Assembly (NCBI GenBank): GCA_027488155.1
Contig: JAIYCE010000047.1
Location: 30,530-94,529, forward strand
Reading direction: 5' to 3'
Length of the DNA: 64,000 nucleotides
Source of the DNA: Hyphomicrobiales bacterium
Lineage (GTDB): Bacteria > Pseudomonadota > Alphaproteobacteria > Rhizobiales > Beijerinckiaceae
Part shown: positions 30,487 through 42,047 of the stretch, one piece after another
Layout: each line of letters starts with the position of its first letter
Numbering within the stretch: position 1 is the stretch's first letter
The notes under the pieces: model-generated
The model's input: only the letters and a program-made list of their open reading frames with translations
Told to the model about the DNA's origin: nothing
Database searches by the model: none
Translations under genes and position numbers: made by a program

Positions 30487-30796
30487 TGAAAATCTCAATC
30501 AAATCGTCGGCAATGCGCGTTGCAAAATCAGGTTGAAAATCAGTTACAAAGACAGGCCGTACTGTGAGGCCAGTCGTATCGGTTAGCAATTCGCTGAGGC
30601 TTGCAAAAGCAAACACACCAAATCCGGCCGCATCATCGACCTCGATCAACACGTCGAGATCGCTATCGGGACGATGGTCGCCGCGTGCGCGCGACCCGAA
30701 AATCGCAAGCCGTGTTACGCCACGCGCTTTCAACTCCGGCACCAGCGCGCGGAGATCGCGGATCAGATCCTCAAGCGTGGGTGCGGTGAAGGTCAT
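30434..30796 (-). CDS. Minimal nucleotidyltransferase (MntA-like antitoxin)
   Basis: FGSRARGDHRPDSDLDVL (GS-x10-DxD). Confidence 0.88.
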   Translation of the reverse strand: MTFTAPTLEDLIRDLRALVPELKARGVTRLAIFGSRARGDHRPDSDLDVLIEVDDAAGFGVFAFASLSELLTDTTGLTVRPVFVTDFQPDFATRIADDLIEIFNEANLARQARAYARSHR

Positions 30797-30837
30797 AGAG
30801 GGATTGTATCACGCTCCCTCCGCGCCGTCAGCGCCCT

Positions 30838-32994
30838 CTATTCGGCCGCGCTTTTCTGTACATAGCCGAGCTTCCCATTAAGCTCGTTGAGGAGGTTTTC
30901 CGCCGCTTCGGCAATGACAGTGCCGGGTGGGAAGATGGCCGAAGCGCCCGCATCGTAAAGCGCTTGGAAATCCTGCGGTGGGATCACGCCGCCCACCACG
31001 ATCATGATGTCGGGCCGGCCTTCCTTCGCGAGCGCCGCTTTGAGCTCTGGCACCAGCGTGAGATGCCCGGCGGCGAGCGACGACACGCCGACAATATGCA
31101 CGTCGTTCTCGACCGCTTGGCGTGCCGCTTCGTCTGGCGTCGCAAAAAGCGGCCCGATGTCCACATCGAAGCCGAGATCCGCAAAAGCGGAGGCGATGAC
31201 TTTCTGGCCACGATCATGGCCATCCTGGCCCATCTTGGCGACGAGAAGGCGCGGCCGGCGCCCATCATTCTCCTCGAACGCTTCGACCATGGCTTGCACG
31301 CGATTGACCGCATCCGACATGGTGCCGACCTCCCGCTTGTAAACGCCGCTGATCGAACGGATTTCTGCGCGATGGCGACCAAACACGTTTTCAAGGGCCA
31401 TCGAAATTTCGCCGACCGTCGCTTTGGCGCGCGCCGCATTGATGGCGAGAGCCAACAGATTACCATTGCTCTTCGCGCCCTCTGTGAGCGCGCTCAGAGC
31501 CGCATCGACGGCCTTGGGTTCACGTTCCGCTTTCAGGCGCGCGAGCTTTTCAAGCTGCTGCGTCCGCACTGCCGAATTGTCGACCTTGAGCACATCAATC
31601 GGCTTTTCATCCGTGGGACGATATTTGTTGACGCCTATCACAGCCTGCCGTCCGGCATCGATGCGAGCCTGCGTTTTCGCGGCCGCTTCTTCGATGCGGA
31701 GCTTGGGAATGCCGGCCTCGATGGCTTTTGCCATGCCGCCGAGTTGTTCGACTTCTTCGATATGCGCCCACGCTTTCGCCGCGAGCTCTGTTGTCAACCG
31801 CTCGACATAGAAAGAACCGCCCCACGGATCGATGATGCGCGTCGTGCCGCTCTCCTGTTGCAGGAAAAGCTGCGTGTTGCGCGCGATGCGCGCCGAGAAA
31901 TCCGTCGGGAGAGCCAAGGCTTCGTCGAGCGCATTTGTGTGGAGCGATTGCGTATGGCCCTGCGTCGCCGCCATTGCCTCGATTTGTGTACGCACGACAT
32001 TGTTGAACACGTCTTGTGCAGTCAGCGACCAGCCAGATGTTTGCGAATGAGTACGCAGCGGCAAGGATTTCTCGCTCTGCGGGTTGAAGCCCTTCACAAG
32101 CTTTGCCCATAGCAGACGGGCCGCGCGTAGCTTGGCAACCTCCATGAAGAAATTCATGCCAATCGCCCAGAAAAACGACAGGCGTGGCGCGAATTGGTCG
32201 ACCGTCAAACCTGCTTTGATACCGGCGCGGATGTATTCGACGCCATCGGCGAGCGTATAAGCGAGCTCGAGATCTTGCGTCGCACCCGCTTCCTGCATGT
32301 GATAGCCGGAAATCGAGATCGAGTTGAATTTCGGCATATTCTGCGATGTAAAGGCGAAGATGTCCGAAATGATCCGCATCGAGGGTGTGGGCGGGTAGAT
32401 ATAAGTGTTCCGCACCATGAATTCTTTGAGAATGTCGTTTTGGATCGTGCCGGCAAGCTTGTCGGGCGAAACACCTTGCTCTTCTGCTGCCACGATGTAG
32501 AGCGCCAGCACCGGCAGCACCGCACCATTCATCGTCATCGACACGCTCATCTGATCGAGCGGAATGCCGGAAAATAGTGTGCGCATGTCGTAGATGGAAT
32601 CAATCGCGACACCGGCCATACCGACATCGCCCCCGACACGCGGGTGATCCGAATCATAACCGCGATGCGTCGCCAGATCGAAGGCGACCGAGAGACCCTT
32701 TTGTCCAGCCGCAAGATTGCGCCGGTAAAACGCGTTAGAATCCTCAGCCGTCGAAAATCCTGCATATTGGCGAACCGTCCAAGGTTGGTTCACATACATC
32801 GTTGGATAAGGACCGCGCAGAAACGGCGCAAGGCCCGGCATTGTGTCGATATGGCTCAAGCCTGCACGATCGGCTTCCGTATAGACCGGCTTCACTGGAA
32901 TTTCTTCCGGCGTCATCCACGTGTCGCCGCCTTGCGGCGCGCCGTTCGCAGCCGGTGAGAAAGTGAGGTTCGCGAAATTAGGGATCTTCGTCAT
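30838..32994 (-). CDS. scpA: Methylmalonyl-CoA mutase, catalytic subunit
   Basis: [18 protein letters not shown]12-binding GQDGHDRG and SSLAAGH. Confidence 0.97.
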   Translation of the reverse strand: MTKIPNFANLTFSPAANGAPQGGDTWMTPEEIPVKPVYTEADRAGLSHIDTMPGLAPFLRGPYPTMYVNQPWTVRQYAGFSTAEDSNAFYRRNLAAGQKGLSVAFDLATHRGYDSDHPRVGGDVGMAGVAIDSIYDMRTLFSGIPLDQMSVSMTMNGAVLPVLALYIVAAEEQGVSPDKLAGTIQNDILKEFMVRNTYIYPPTPSMRIISDIFAFTSQNMPKFNSISISGYHMQEAGATQDLELAYTLADGVEYIRAGIKAGLTVDQFAPRLSFFWAIGMNFFMEVAKLRAARLLWAKLVKGFNPQSEKSLPLRTHSQTSGWSLTAQDVFNNVVRTQIEAMAATQGHTQSLHTNALDEALALPTDFSARIARNTQLFLQQESGTTRIIDPWGGSFYVERLTTELAAKAWAHIEEVEQLGGMAKAIEAGIPKLRIEEAAAKTQARIDAGRQAVIGVNKYRPTDEKPIDVLKVDNSAVRTQQLEKLARLKAEREPKAVDAALSALTEGAKSNGNLLALAINAARAKATVGEISMALENVFGRHRAEIRSISGVYKREVGTMSDAVNRVQAMVEAFEENDGRRPRLLVAKMGQDGHDRGQKVIASAFADLGFDVDIGPLFATPDEAARQAVENDVHIVGVSSLAAGHLTLVPELKAALAKEGRPDIMIVVGGVIPPQDFQALYDAGASAIFPPGTVIAEAAENLLNELNGKLGYVQKSAAE

Positions 32995-32997
32995 GGC

Positions 32998-34845
32998 TCA
33001 ACCTTCCACGCGAATGGCAAGTCGTGCTTGCGCGGTTTTCAGGCTCGCCAACACGTCGAGCCCCATGAATACGAATTCGTCAACACCCGCCGCTTTCAGC
33101 GATGCTTCGAGATCGCCCGGTCGCCCTGCGAGATAAATCGCTTTCGCGCCCGCCGCTTTCAACGCATGCGCGGCCTCGGCTGCTTCCGTCGCATAAAAAT
33201 CGTCGGACGAACATAGGCAGGCAAGCTGCGCACCAGATTTTCTGAAGGCATCGACAAGCGCTGCAATATCAGTCTTACCATCCTTGGTGAAGCCGTCATT
33301 GCTAAGCGCCTTAATGCCGCCCGCCTCAAAGAAATTCTTCGTGAACATGGCGCGTGCTGTGAACGCAGCAATCGGCCCGAGATTCGCGAGAAAAATTTGG
33401 GCATGATTTGAGTGATCCGCTGCATCGCGGAGTTTTTCAAAGTCTGCGGCCAGCCGGACAGGTTTCAGAGGCGCGTCCTGCGTGTTGACAGCTGCTGGCT
33501 TCAACACTGCGACAGGCTGTTCAAGAATATTCGGGAATTCACTCACACCGGTAATGGCGTCTTTGCGTGAAGCAATGGCTTTGGCACGCAGATCGCGCAC
33601 TTTTGCAATATCGGCTACAAAGCTGCCCGACGCGACCGCATCGTAAATGCCGCCCTGCTTTTCGATATTTTGGAACACGGACCACGCTTGCTTGATCAAG
33701 GCGTCAGTGAGCGCTTCCATACCGCCTGCACCAGCCGCGGGATCGGCGACGCGCGCGAGATTTGATTCTTCGAGCAAGATGAGTTGCGTATTGCGCGCTA
33801 AGCGGCGCGCGAAGGCATCTGGCAGGCCGAGCGCCTGCGTGAAGGGCAGAGTGGTGATTGCATCGGCGCCGCCGATTCCCGCTGCGAAAACCGCCGTCGT
33901 TTCACGCAACAGATTCACCCAAGGATCGCGCTTTGTCATCATGCGTGCCGATGTCGTTGCGCCGACAAAAGCTTGCTTCGGCGTCAAGCCGCAGGCCTGC
34001 TGCACGCTCGCCCACAATGCGCGGATCGCACGGAATTTGGCGATACCGAGAAATTGATCGGAGTCGGCGGAGAGGCGGAATTCAATGCCATCGCGCGCCT
34101 GCTCGAGTGTGAAACCCGCGGCTTCCAATGCGCGCATATAGAAAACGGCCAGCGCCAGCGCGCTTCCCAATTCCTGCGCATCCGATCCTCCGGCTTCGTG
34201 GACGATGCGGCCATCGGCCTTGATGAATGGGCCTTTGAAACCGCGCGCATGAAGATCGCGCACCGATTCCGAGACACGCCGTCCCATATCGGCCCCATCG
34301 GCCGGCTTGAAACCCGTGCCCATCCATACGCCAACAGGGTCGAGGCCGAACGCAATGTTGCAGGCGGATGGTTCGACACCGTGACGCTTGGCGGTCTCGA
34401 CGAGCGCGTGAGCCGCATCGCGGCCCTTCGCGCCGACCTCAAGTGTGATGAAAACGCCAGCATCGAGATAGACGCCTTCGAGCGCTTGCGCGATAGCGTC
34501 CGCCTTGTCGTCAAGCCCGAAGCCGAAAGCCTGAGGGCTGCCTCTGAAAACGATTGTCAGGCCTGTTGCCCCATTCTCGAGATCGGTCAGAGCAAGCCGG
34601 TTGGCCTCGATCGGATCGGGATGGTCGACACGCTGCACAATGGCCCATGGCGCGCTGGGCGCGCGGCCAGACAGTGGGATCTTGGCCTCGGCCTTGGCAT
34701 AGAGCGGTTCGACCCGAATGCCATCATAGGTCCGGCCGACGAGCTTTTTCTCGAAATCGGCACCTTTCAGCACTTTCTCGACGAGCTTCATCCAATCGTC
34801 GCGGTTGGCAGGCGGAAAGGGCTCGATAAAGGGAAGGGCGGTCAT
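32998..34845 (-). CDS. Methylmalonyl-CoA mutase small (beta) subunit
   Basis: [26 protein letters not shown]; no DxHxxG motif; directly upstream of the large subunit; start 34845 or 34881. Confidence 0.9.
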   Translation of the reverse strand: MTALPFIEPFPPANRDDWMKLVEKVLKGADFEKKLVGRTYDGIRVEPLYAKAEAKIPLSGRAPSAPWAIVQRVDHPDPIEANRLALTDLENGATGLTIVFRGSPQAFGFGLDDKADAIAQALEGVYLDAGVFITLEVGAKGRDAAHALVETAKRHGVEPSACNIAFGLDPVGVWMGTGFKPADGADMGRRVSESVRDLHARGFKGPFIKADGRIVHEAGGSDAQELGSALALAVFYMRALEAAGFTLEQARDGIEFRLSADSDQFLGIAKFRAIRALWASVQQACGLTPKQAFVGATTSARMMTKRDPWVNLLRETTAVFAAGIGGADAITTLPFTQALGLPDAFARRLARNTQLILLEESNLARVADPAAGAGGMEALTDALIKQAWSVFQNIEKQGGIYDAVASGSFVADIAKVRDLRAKAIASRKDAITGVSEFPNILEQPVAVLKPAAVNTQDAPLKPVRLAADFEKLRDAADHSNHAQIFLANLGPIAAFTARAMFTKNFFEAGGIKALSNDGFTKDGKTDIAALVDAFRKSGAQLACLCSSDDFYATEAAEAAHALKAAGAKAIYLAGRPGDLEASLKAAGVDEFVFMGLDVLASLKTAQARLAIRVEG

Positions 34846-35031
34846 TTTAGGCCTCGATACCGGTCTTTTGCGGCGCGACATTGCCAGAATGGCGCCCCCC
34901 CCGCCACCCTTCGTTGGGCGAAGGTATCCTGCCCCGAAATGGCAACGAACGCGCCATTGCGCGCTCTGATTGTAGCGGTTTTTTGGAGGCCACCCTATAA
35001 GGATGTGACCCTAGGGCGGATGAGGCGACCA

Positions 35032-36585
35032 ATGGCCGACACCAGCATTCTGATAGGCAAAAGCAACAAGCCTGAAGTGCTCGAACTGAAACTCGCCAAC
35101 CGGCATGGCCTGGTGACCGGCGCAACGGGCACCGGTAAGACAGTCACCTTGCAGGTTCTGGCCGAAGGATTCTCCAATCAGGGCGTGCCGGTCTTCGCCG
35201 CCGACATCAAGGGCGACCTCTCTGGTATCGCCGCAGTAGGCGATATGAAACCGGTCTTTGTCGAACGCGCACAGGCGATGGGGATCGACCTCAAGCCGGA
35301 TCGTTTTCCCGTCACATTCTGGGATTTATTCGGCAAGGATGGCCATCCGATCCGCGCGACGGTTTCCGATATGGGGCCTCTTCTGCTCGCCCGCCTGCTC
35401 GATTTGAACGATACGCAGGAAGGCGTGCTCAACATCGCTTTCCGTGTCGCCGATGAAGAAGGGCTCTTGCTGCTCGATCTTAAAGATCTGCGCGCGTTGC
35501 TGACCTTCGTGGGCGAGAATGCAGCCACACTCACGAACACCTATGGCAATGTTTCCTCGGCCAGTATTGGTGCTATTCAGCGTGCGCTTTTGGTGCTTGA
35601 AAATCAGGGCGGAGATTCCTTTTTCGGCGAGCCCATGCTCAACATCAACGATCTGATGCATGTCGATCGCGATGGGCGTGGCATGGTCAACGTGCTTGCA
35701 GCCGACAAGTTGATGAACAACCCGCGGCTTTACGCGACATTCCTCTTGTGGATGCTGGCCGAATTGTTCGAGAACATGCCGGAAGTCGGAGATCTCGAAA
35801 AACCTAAGCTCGTCTTCTTTTTCGATGAGGCGCATCTTCTCTTTAACAATGCGCCGCGGGCGCTGCTTGAATCGATCGAACAGGTTGTCCGCCTCATTCG
35901 CTCGAAGGGTGTCGGCGTTTATTTCGTCACGCAAAACCCGCTCGACATTCCCGATACGGTGTTGGCCCAGCTCGGCAACCGCGTCCAACATGCGTTGCGT
36001 GCGTTCACGCCGCGCGATCAGAAGGCAGTGCGCGCTGCGGCTGAAACTTTCCGGCAAAATCCGACGATTAAGACCGAAGAAGCGATCATGCAATTGGGCG
36101 TTGGCGAGGCTTTGATTTCGACGCTTGAAGGCAAGGGCACGCCCACCATGGTGGAGCGTGCCTTCATTCGTCCGCCGACAGCGCGCGTCGGGCCGCTGAC
36201 CCCGCAAGAGCGGCAGGCCATTATCGCGCAAAGTGGTTTGCGCGGGAGGTATGATCAGGCGCTTGATCGCGAATCGGCTTTCGAATTACTTGCCAAGCGC
36301 GCCGAAGAAGCATCCACCCCGCAAGAGGAACCATCCTCGGGCGGTATCGGCGGCTGGCTTGGCGGCATTCTAGGTGGCGGATCGAACCCGGCACCGACCA
36401 CCGTTCCCAAATCAGGCTCGCGCGGCAAGGCCACGACGCCGACCCGCACTACGCGGCGCGAAATCTCGATCACCGAACGCGTGATCACCAACGCTGCCTC
36501 CTCCGCAGCGCGGACCGTTGGCACGCAGATCGGCAAAGCCATTCTGCGCGGCGTGCTCGGCAGCCTCACTGGCGGCAAACGCTAA
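35032..36585 (+). CDS. DUF853 HerA-like ATPase
   Basis: [36 protein letters not shown]; true start ATG 35032, not 33973. Confidence 0.9.
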   Translation: MADTSILIGKSNKPEVLELKLANRHGLVTGATGTGKTVTLQVLAEGFSNQGVPVFAADIKGDLSGIAAVGDMKPVFVERAQAMGIDLKPDRFPVTFWDLFGKDGHPIRATVSDMGPLLLARLLDLNDTQEGVLNIAFRVADEEGLLLLDLKDLRALLTFVGENAATLTNTYGNVSSASIGAIQRALLVLENQGGDSFFGEPMLNINDLMHVDRDGRGMVNVLAADKLMNNPRLYATFLLWMLAELFENMPEVGDLEKPKLVFFFDEAHLLFNNAPRALLESIEQVVRLIRSKGVGVYFVTQNPLDIPDTVLAQLGNRVQHALRAFTPRDQKAVRAAAETFRQNPTIKTEEAIMQLGVGEALISTLEGKGTPTMVERAFIRPPTARVGPLTPQERQAIIAQSGLRGRYDQALDRESAFELLAKRAEEASTPQEEPSSGGIGGWLGGILGGGSNPAPTTVPKSGSRGKATTPTRTTRREISITERVITNAASSAARTVGTQIGKAILRGVLGSLTGGKR

Positions 36586-36682
36586 CCGACGCGCAAAGGC
36601 AGGTCAGCCATTCCCTTCCGGGCGCTTGCGCCCGGGAGAGCGGCGTTTACTCTCGCGCCGTTGGTAAATCGGAGATTCCCTC

Positions 36683-38059
36683 ATGTCTCGCCTCGATGAT
36701 GTCCTCGCTCGGATCGACGCCGATCTCGACCAGTCGCTTGACCGCCTATTTGATTGGTTGCGGATCCAGTCCATCTCAACCGACAGCGCCTATGCCGGCG
36801 AATGCCGCAAGGCGGCTGATTGGCTGAAGGCCGATCTCGAGACATTGGGCTTCTCGGCCTCTGTCAGGCCTACGGCGGGACATCCGGTTGTCTATGCCAA
36901 GGCACCCGATGCCGGTGGTAAGCGCGCCCTGTTCTATGGCCATTACGATGTGCAGCCGGTCGATCCGCTCGAATTGTGGGAGACGCCGCCCTTCGAGCCG
37001 CGCATCGTCACGCTGCCCGATGGCCGCAAGGCGATTTCAGCGCGCGGCGCTTGCGACGATAAGGGGCAGGTGATGACCTTCGTCGAAGCCTGCCGCGCGT
37101 TCAAAGCAGTGACGGGCGCGCTGCCGCTCGGGATTACCTTTCTCGTCGAAGGGGCGGAAGAAGATGGCTCCAAGCATCTCCCCGAATGGGTTGAGGAAAA
37201 TGCCGCCGATCTGAAGGCTGATTTCGCTCTCGTCTGTGACACGGGCATGTGGGACCAGAAGACACCGGCCATCACCACTTCGCTGCGCGGCCTCGTCTAT
37301 GAAGAAATCATCGTTCGCTGCGCAGACCGTGATCTTCATTCCGGCCTCTTTGGTGGTGCAGCCCAGAACCCCATCCGTGTTTTGGGCCGCATCATCGCCG
37401 ACCTGCACGACAAGGACGGCCGCATCATGGTGCCGGGCTTCTACGAAGGCGTTTCCGACACGCCCTCGCAGATCCTCGAACAGTGGAAACAGTTGAACCT
37501 CGACGATTTCCTGCCCGGTGTCGGCCTTAAACATGCCGCCGGTGAAAAAGACCGCATGTTGATCGAGCAAATCCAGTCGCGCCCGACCTGCGACGTCAAC
37601 GGCATCATCGGCGGCTATACGGGCGAGGGCACAAAGACGGTGATTGCAGGCGAAGCGAGCGCCAAGATCTCGTTCCGCCTCGTCGGCGAACAGAACCCGC
37701 AAAAGATCATCGAGAATTTTCGTAATTTCGTCCGCGAGCGCATTCCAGCCGATTGCACAGTGGAGTTCGTCGGCCATAAGGGATCGCGCGCTCTGGCGCT
37801 GCCCTATGACATGAGAGAGCTGACGGCAGCCCGCGGCGCCCTTCAGGATGAATGGGGCGTTCCCCCAGTGCTGATCGGCTCAGGCGGATCGATCCCGATT
37901 GTTGGCGATTTCAAGCGGACCCTCGGCCTCGATACGCTTCTCGTTGGCTTCGGGCTCGACGATGACCGGGTCCATTCCCCCAATGAGAAGTACGATCTGG
38001 CGAGCTTCCATAGGGGCACCCGGTCTTGGGCCCGGATCCTCGACGCGCTGGCGCGTTGA
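36683..38059 (+). CDS. M20 family dipeptidase
   Basis: YGHYDVQP, RGACDDKGQ, EE, DLHSG, HSPNE. Confidence 0.92.
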   Translation: MSRLDDVLARIDADLDQSLDRLFDWLRIQSISTDSAYAGECRKAADWLKADLETLGFSASVRPTAGHPVVYAKAPDAGGKRALFYGHYDVQPVDPLELWETPPFEPRIVTLPDGRKAISARGACDDKGQVMTFVEACRAFKAVTGALPLGITFLVEGAEEDGSKHLPEWVEENAADLKADFALVCDTGMWDQKTPAITTSLRGLVYEEIIVRCADRDLHSGLFGGAAQNPIRVLGRIIADLHDKDGRIMVPGFYEGVSDTPSQILEQWKQLNLDDFLPGVGLKHAAGEKDRMLIEQIQSRPTCDVNGIIGGYTGEGTKTVIAGEASAKISFRLVGEQNPQKIIENFRNFVRERIPADCTVEFVGHKGSRALALPYDMRELTAARGALQDEWGVPPVLIGSGGSIPIVGDFKRTLGLDTLLVGFGLDDDRVHSPNEKYDLASFHRGTRSWARILDALAR

Positions 38060-38159
38060 GGCCACACCCTAAGGCAAACCGCCCTTTCGACCGTTTCTTA
38101 ATTGGCCGGAAGGGTTTTCCCTGCTATGAGGGCGAAGAGTAACCAATTTGGGGGTCCCA

Positions 38160-38477
38160 ATGCGCCGTCTTGCCTCGTCTCTCGTTCTGGGTGTTTCGCT
38201 GTGCCTTGCGGGCAGCCTCGCAGCCTCGGCGCAGACGTCACAGCAGCCGGCGCATCAGGGTCAGCCGGCCAAAAAGCCTGCTCCGGCCCAAAAGAAGGGT
38301 GGCTGGGAGCCGCTTGAGACTGTGCCGGACACCAGCACCCGCACGCCGGGCTATGTCGGTATCGGCCAGCAGGATTTTTCGAAGCCCTACGACAACACGG
38401 TTTCAGGTCAGGCCAATCAGGGCCTGCCGTCGCCGTTTGGTTTCGGCAACAACATCACATCGCAGCCGACGCGCTGA
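38160..38477 (+). CDS. Small secreted hypothetical protein
   Basis: Signal peptide MRRLASSLVLGVSLCLAGSLAASA; followed by an intrinsic terminator. Confidence 0.7.
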   Translation: MRRLASSLVLGVSLCLAGSLAASAQTSQQPAHQGQPAKKPAPAQKKGGWEPLETVPDTSTRTPGYVGIGQQDFSKPYDNTVSGQANQGLPSPFGFGNNITSQPTR

Positions 38478-38499
38478 GCGCATCGCGCTTCGAAACGAC

Positions 38500-38527
38500 A
38501 AAGGCCGCCTTCGGGCGGCTTTTTTAT
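38500..38527 (+). terminator. Rho-independent terminator
   Basis: GCCGCC-TTCG-GGCGGC-TTTTTT. Confidence 0.85.
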
Positions 38528-38610
38528 TGTCTGCATCCCCGCTCTGCATGAGCGCGGGATTGACGCGGCAGGCATGGCGTTCTCTCCTGCGTAATCCAAG
38601 GAGAACAATC

Positions 38611-39477
38611 ATGCCGATGACCCGCCCCGCCCCGACCGATACATGGACTTATGTTGACGGCGAATGGGTCGCCGGCAATCCGGGCCTGCTGGGGCCGCGC
38701 AGCCATGCCTTTTGGCTCGGCTCCTCGGTCTTCGATGGTGGCCGTCATTTTGAAGGCGTGAGCCCCGATCTCGATCTGCATTGCCAACGTGTCAATCGCT
38801 CGGCGCTCGCACTCAACATGAAGCCGACGATGCGCGCTGAAGAGATTGTTGAACTTGCGCAAGATGGCATCGCAAAATTTCCGAAAGGTTCTGAGCTTTA
38901 CATCAAGCCGATGTATTGGCCGGAATATGGGAGCCGCGGTGAGGTGGCGCCTGATCCCGATTCAACGCGCTTCTGCCTGTGCATCTACATCGCGCCCATG
39001 CCTGAGCCGGCGGGCTCATCGATCACGCTATCGCCCTTCCGCCGCCCAACCATGGAAACCATGCCGGTGAATGCGAAGGCGGGATGCCTTTATCCGAATA
39101 ATGCGCGCGCCTTGCTTGAGGCGCGTTCGCGCGGCTTCGACAATTGCCTCGTCACCGACATGCTCGGCAATATTGCGGAACTGGGGACCGCCAACGTCTT
39201 CATGGTGAAAGATGGCGTGATCTATACGCCAATTGCAAATGGCACATTCCTTAATGGCATCACGCGTCAGCGCGTCATCAAGCAGGCTGAGAAAGCGAAA
39301 ATGAAAGTGGTCGAGGGCGTGCTCTCGCATCGCGATTTTTGCGAGGCGGATGAAATCTTCTCAGCTGGCAATTACGGCAAGGTCCAGCCGGTGACTCGCA
39401 TTGAAGATCGTGCGATGCAACCCGGCCCTCTATTCCGCAAAATGCGCGAGCTCTATTGGGAATTCGCGCATTCCTGA
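38611..39477 (+). CDS. Branched-chain amino acid aminotransferase-like protein (class IV PLP)
   Basis: SVFDGGR, AKAGCLYPN, ELGTANVF, FLNGITRQR; GGAG SD before ATG 38611. Confidence 0.88.
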   Translation: MPMTRPAPTDTWTYVDGEWVAGNPGLLGPRSHAFWLGSSVFDGGRHFEGVSPDLDLHCQRVNRSALALNMKPTMRAEEIVELAQDGIAKFPKGSELYIKPMYWPEYGSRGEVAPDPDSTRFCLCIYIAPMPEPAGSSITLSPFRRPTMETMPVNAKAGCLYPNNARALLEARSRGFDNCLVTDMLGNIAELGTANVFMVKDGVIYTPIANGTFLNGITRQRVIKQAEKAKMKVVEGVLSHRDFCEADEIFSAGNYGKVQPVTRIEDRAMQPGPLFRKMRELYWEFAHS

Positions 39478-41001
39478 TCAGCGCAGGCGAACGCGCAGAA
39501 ACTTCACGCAGCCTGCCAGCAGGCTAAAATAGAGAAGCGCTCCGGCTATACCAAGCAGAGCGAGTCCTGCTGGGGCCTGCCAAAGGGGCGGCAGCGTTAG
39601 TGTATAACTGTTTGCGACATCGATACCGAACATCAGCAAGACTGTCAGAGGCAATGCGGCGAAAGCCATCGCAGCCATGCCACGCGCCAGATTGGAATCG
39701 AAATCCATCCAGACGCGCCGGTGCGCCAAGAGAACCAGCAAGATTAGATTGACCCATGCCCCCGTCGCGGTGGCAAAGGCGAGGCCGGGCGCGCCTTCGC
39801 TACGGAACAACAAAATCTTCAAAACAATATTCACGCCGATGCCGGAGAAAGACGCAATCAGCGGCGTGGTTGTGTCATTGCGGGAATAAAAACTCGCAAC
39901 AGCCGGGCGAATGAGCACAATGGCCAAAAGGCCAACGCCATAGGCCGCGAGCACCGCGCCTGCTTCGCGCGCCGCCGCATCGGTAAACGCACCGCGCGCA
40001 AAGAGCGCCTTCATGATCTCGGTGGGGATCGTCAGAAACCCAACGAAAAAAGGCACCGACAAAGCAAGCGTCAGAAGGATTGCGCGGTTTTGCTGATGAT
40101 GCGCCTCGATGAAGCGTCCAGCGGCCACATGTTGGGACATTGTGGGAAGAAGCACCGTGCCTGCCGCAAGCCCGATCATGCCGACCGGCAATTGATAGAG
40201 ACGATCGGCATAATAGAGCGAAGAAACGGCACCGGTCGGCAATAGGGAAGCGATGATTGTGTCGGCGAACATGGCGATTTGCACGCCGGCCGATCCGATG
40301 ATGGCAGGACCGAGCGTTTTCAGAAAGAGTTTTGTTTCGGCATCGAAGGTGATTTTTGAAGGCTTTGGAAAAATGCCATTCAACTTTGCATCGAAAGCGA
40401 CGAGCAGAAATTCAAGGATGCCGGCTGCCAAAACACCAAAGGCCGCGGCATAGGCGGCATTGGGAAAGAGGTAGGCGACAGCGAGCGCCGCAATCACCGA
40501 GAGATTGAGAAGTACGGGCGCAAAGGCCGCAGCAGCGAAGCGCTTATGTGCGTTCAGAATGCCCGAAATCAAAGTGACGAGGACAATGAAGAACAGATAG
40601 GGAAAGGCAATCCGCGTCAGCGCCACCGTCAATTCGAATTTGGCCGGGTCGTTGCGGAAGCCCGGTGCAAGCAGATCGACCATGAGCGGCATGAAGATGA
40701 TCGCTAAAACCGAGAATAGGCCGGTCACCAGCGCCATCAGGGTCAACACACCGCCGGCAAAGATTTGCGCGCGCGGTGTGTCACGTTTCTCGAGCGTTCC
40801 GGCATAAGTGGGCACAAAGGCATTGTTGAAGGCACCTTCGCCGAAGATAGCGCGGAAATGATTGGGCAGTCTTTGCGCAACCACGAAGGCATCCGCCATC
40901 ATACTGTTGCCGAGCGTAGCGGCGATGACGATGTCACGCACAAAGCCAGTGACGCGTGACAGCGCCGTCAATCCACCGACTGAGGCGATGGCGCGAAACA
41001 T
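39478..41001 (-). CDS. murJ: MurJ/MviN-family flippase
   Basis: SRVTGFVRD, RLPNHFRAIFGEGAF, ADRLYQLP; multiple TM segments. Confidence 0.9.
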   Translation of the reverse strand: MFRAIASVGGLTALSRVTGFVRDIVIAATLGNSMMADAFVVAQRLPNHFRAIFGEGAFNNAFVPTYAGTLEKRDTPRAQIFAGGVLTLMALVTGLFSVLAIIFMPLMVDLLAPGFRNDPAKFELTVALTRIAFPYLFFIVLVTLISGILNAHKRFAAAAFAPVLLNLSVIAALAVAYLFPNAAYAAAFGVLAAGILEFLLVAFDAKLNGIFPKPSKITFDAETKLFLKTLGPAIIGSAGVQIAMFADTIIASLLPTGAVSSLYYADRLYQLPVGMIGLAAGTVLLPTMSQHVAAGRFIEAHHQQNRAILLTLALSVPFFVGFLTIPTEIMKALFARGAFTDAAAREAGAVLAAYGVGLLAIVLIRPAVASFYSRNDTTTPLIASFSGIGVNIVLKILLFRSEGAPGLAFATATGAWVNLILLVLLAHRRVWMDFDSNLARGMAAMAFAALPLTVLLMFGIDVANSYTLTLPPLWQAPAGLALLGIAGALLYFSLLAGCVKFLRVRLR

Positions 41002-41975
41002 CAGCTAAGCCTGCGCCGAGGCGGTTCAGAATCCGGCCCGCTTTCTTCCGCCACGATGTAGAGTGGACGGCGCTTCACCTCGGCGAAAATTCGTCCGATA
41101 TAGCCGCCAATGACACCCAGCGAAATGAGCTGTACGCCGGAAAAGAACATCACCGAGATGATGAGCGAAGCATAGCCGGGGACATCGGTTCCCGATGCGA
41201 TCGTGCGCACCAGAAAAAAGATGGCTGTTGCCAGCGCTGGTACCGAGATCAATATCCCGGCATGAGTCCATAATTGCAGCGGCAATGTCGAGAAGGATGT
41301 GATCCCGTCGAAGGCGAAGCGGAACAATTTGCGAAAACTGAATTTCGATTCGCCCGCTGCCCGTTCTGCAACGACGAAGGGGACGCCCTTTGCCTCGAAG
41401 CCGACCCAGGCGTAAAGCCCTTTCGAAAAGCGCGCACGCTCGCCCAATTGGCGCAAGGCCTTTACAACCTTGCGATCCATCAGACGAAAATCGCCAGCAC
41501 CCTCCGGCAACGGAATTTCACCGAATGTGCGAAAAAGTTTGTAGAAGAGTTGGGTTAAATTCTTGCGCAGCTTGCTGTCGGTCTCGCGGTCCTGTCGGAC
41601 GCCATAGACGACGTCGTAACCATTCTCCCATTCACGCACAAAATCGGCGATCATTTCGGGCGGATGCTGCAGATCGGCATCGATGAGAATGGCCGCTTCG
41701 CCGCGCGCATGGTCAAGCCCTGCGGCAATGGCGATCTCCTTGCCGAAATTGCGGCTGAATTTGAGGCCGCGCAGGCGCGGATCGGTCGCACTCGCTTCCA
41801 TCCATCGTGCCCATGTCGCGTCCGAAGAGCCATCGTCGATCAGCACGATTTCGAAACTGCGCCCGAGCGCTTCAAGCGCTGGGATCATGCGCGCGAGGAA
41901 TGGGGCGATGTTATCCGCCTCATTATACGCCGGGACAAGCACGGTCAGGACGGGGATGGGGGCGGCAGGGTTCAA
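41001..41975 (-). CDS. GT2 polyprenyl-phosphate glycosyltransferase (GtrB/ArnC-like)
   Basis: VPAYNEA, DDGSSD, SRNFGKE, DADLQHPP, two C-terminal TMs. Confidence 0.9.
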   Translation of the reverse strand: MNPAAPIPVLTVLVPAYNEADNIAPFLARMIPALEALGRSFEIVLIDDGSSDATWARWMEASATDPRLRGLKFSRNFGKEIAIAAGLDHARGEAAILIDADLQHPPEMIADFVREWENGYDVVYGVRQDRETDSKLRKNLTQLFYKLFRTFGEIPLPEGAGDFRLMDRKVVKALRQLGERARFSKGLYAWVGFEAKGVPFVVAERAAGESKFSFRKLFRFAFDGITSFSTLPLQLWTHAGILISVPALATAIFFLVRTIASGTDVPGYASLIISVMFFSGVQLISLGVIGGYIGRIFAEVKRRPLYIVAEESGPDSEPPRRRLS

Positions 41976-42047
41976 CGGGACGCTCCGGCGCTCTTTTTCA
42001 ATGATCTAGCCGGTTGAGAACGGCTTGGCAAAAGGCGACAATGGGGC

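Noticed and set aside
30964-32112. 382-aa + strand ORF
   Set aside because: Antisense shadow of scpA, typical of high-GC DNA
33973-35031. N-terminal 350 aa of the 870-aa ORF (apparent fusion to DUF853)
   Set aside because: Antisense to the mutase small subunit; DUF853 homology begins at ATG 35032
38170-38610. N-terminal extension of the aminotransferase ORF
   Set aside because: Overlaps the small secreted gene and crosses a terminator; SD + ATG at 38611
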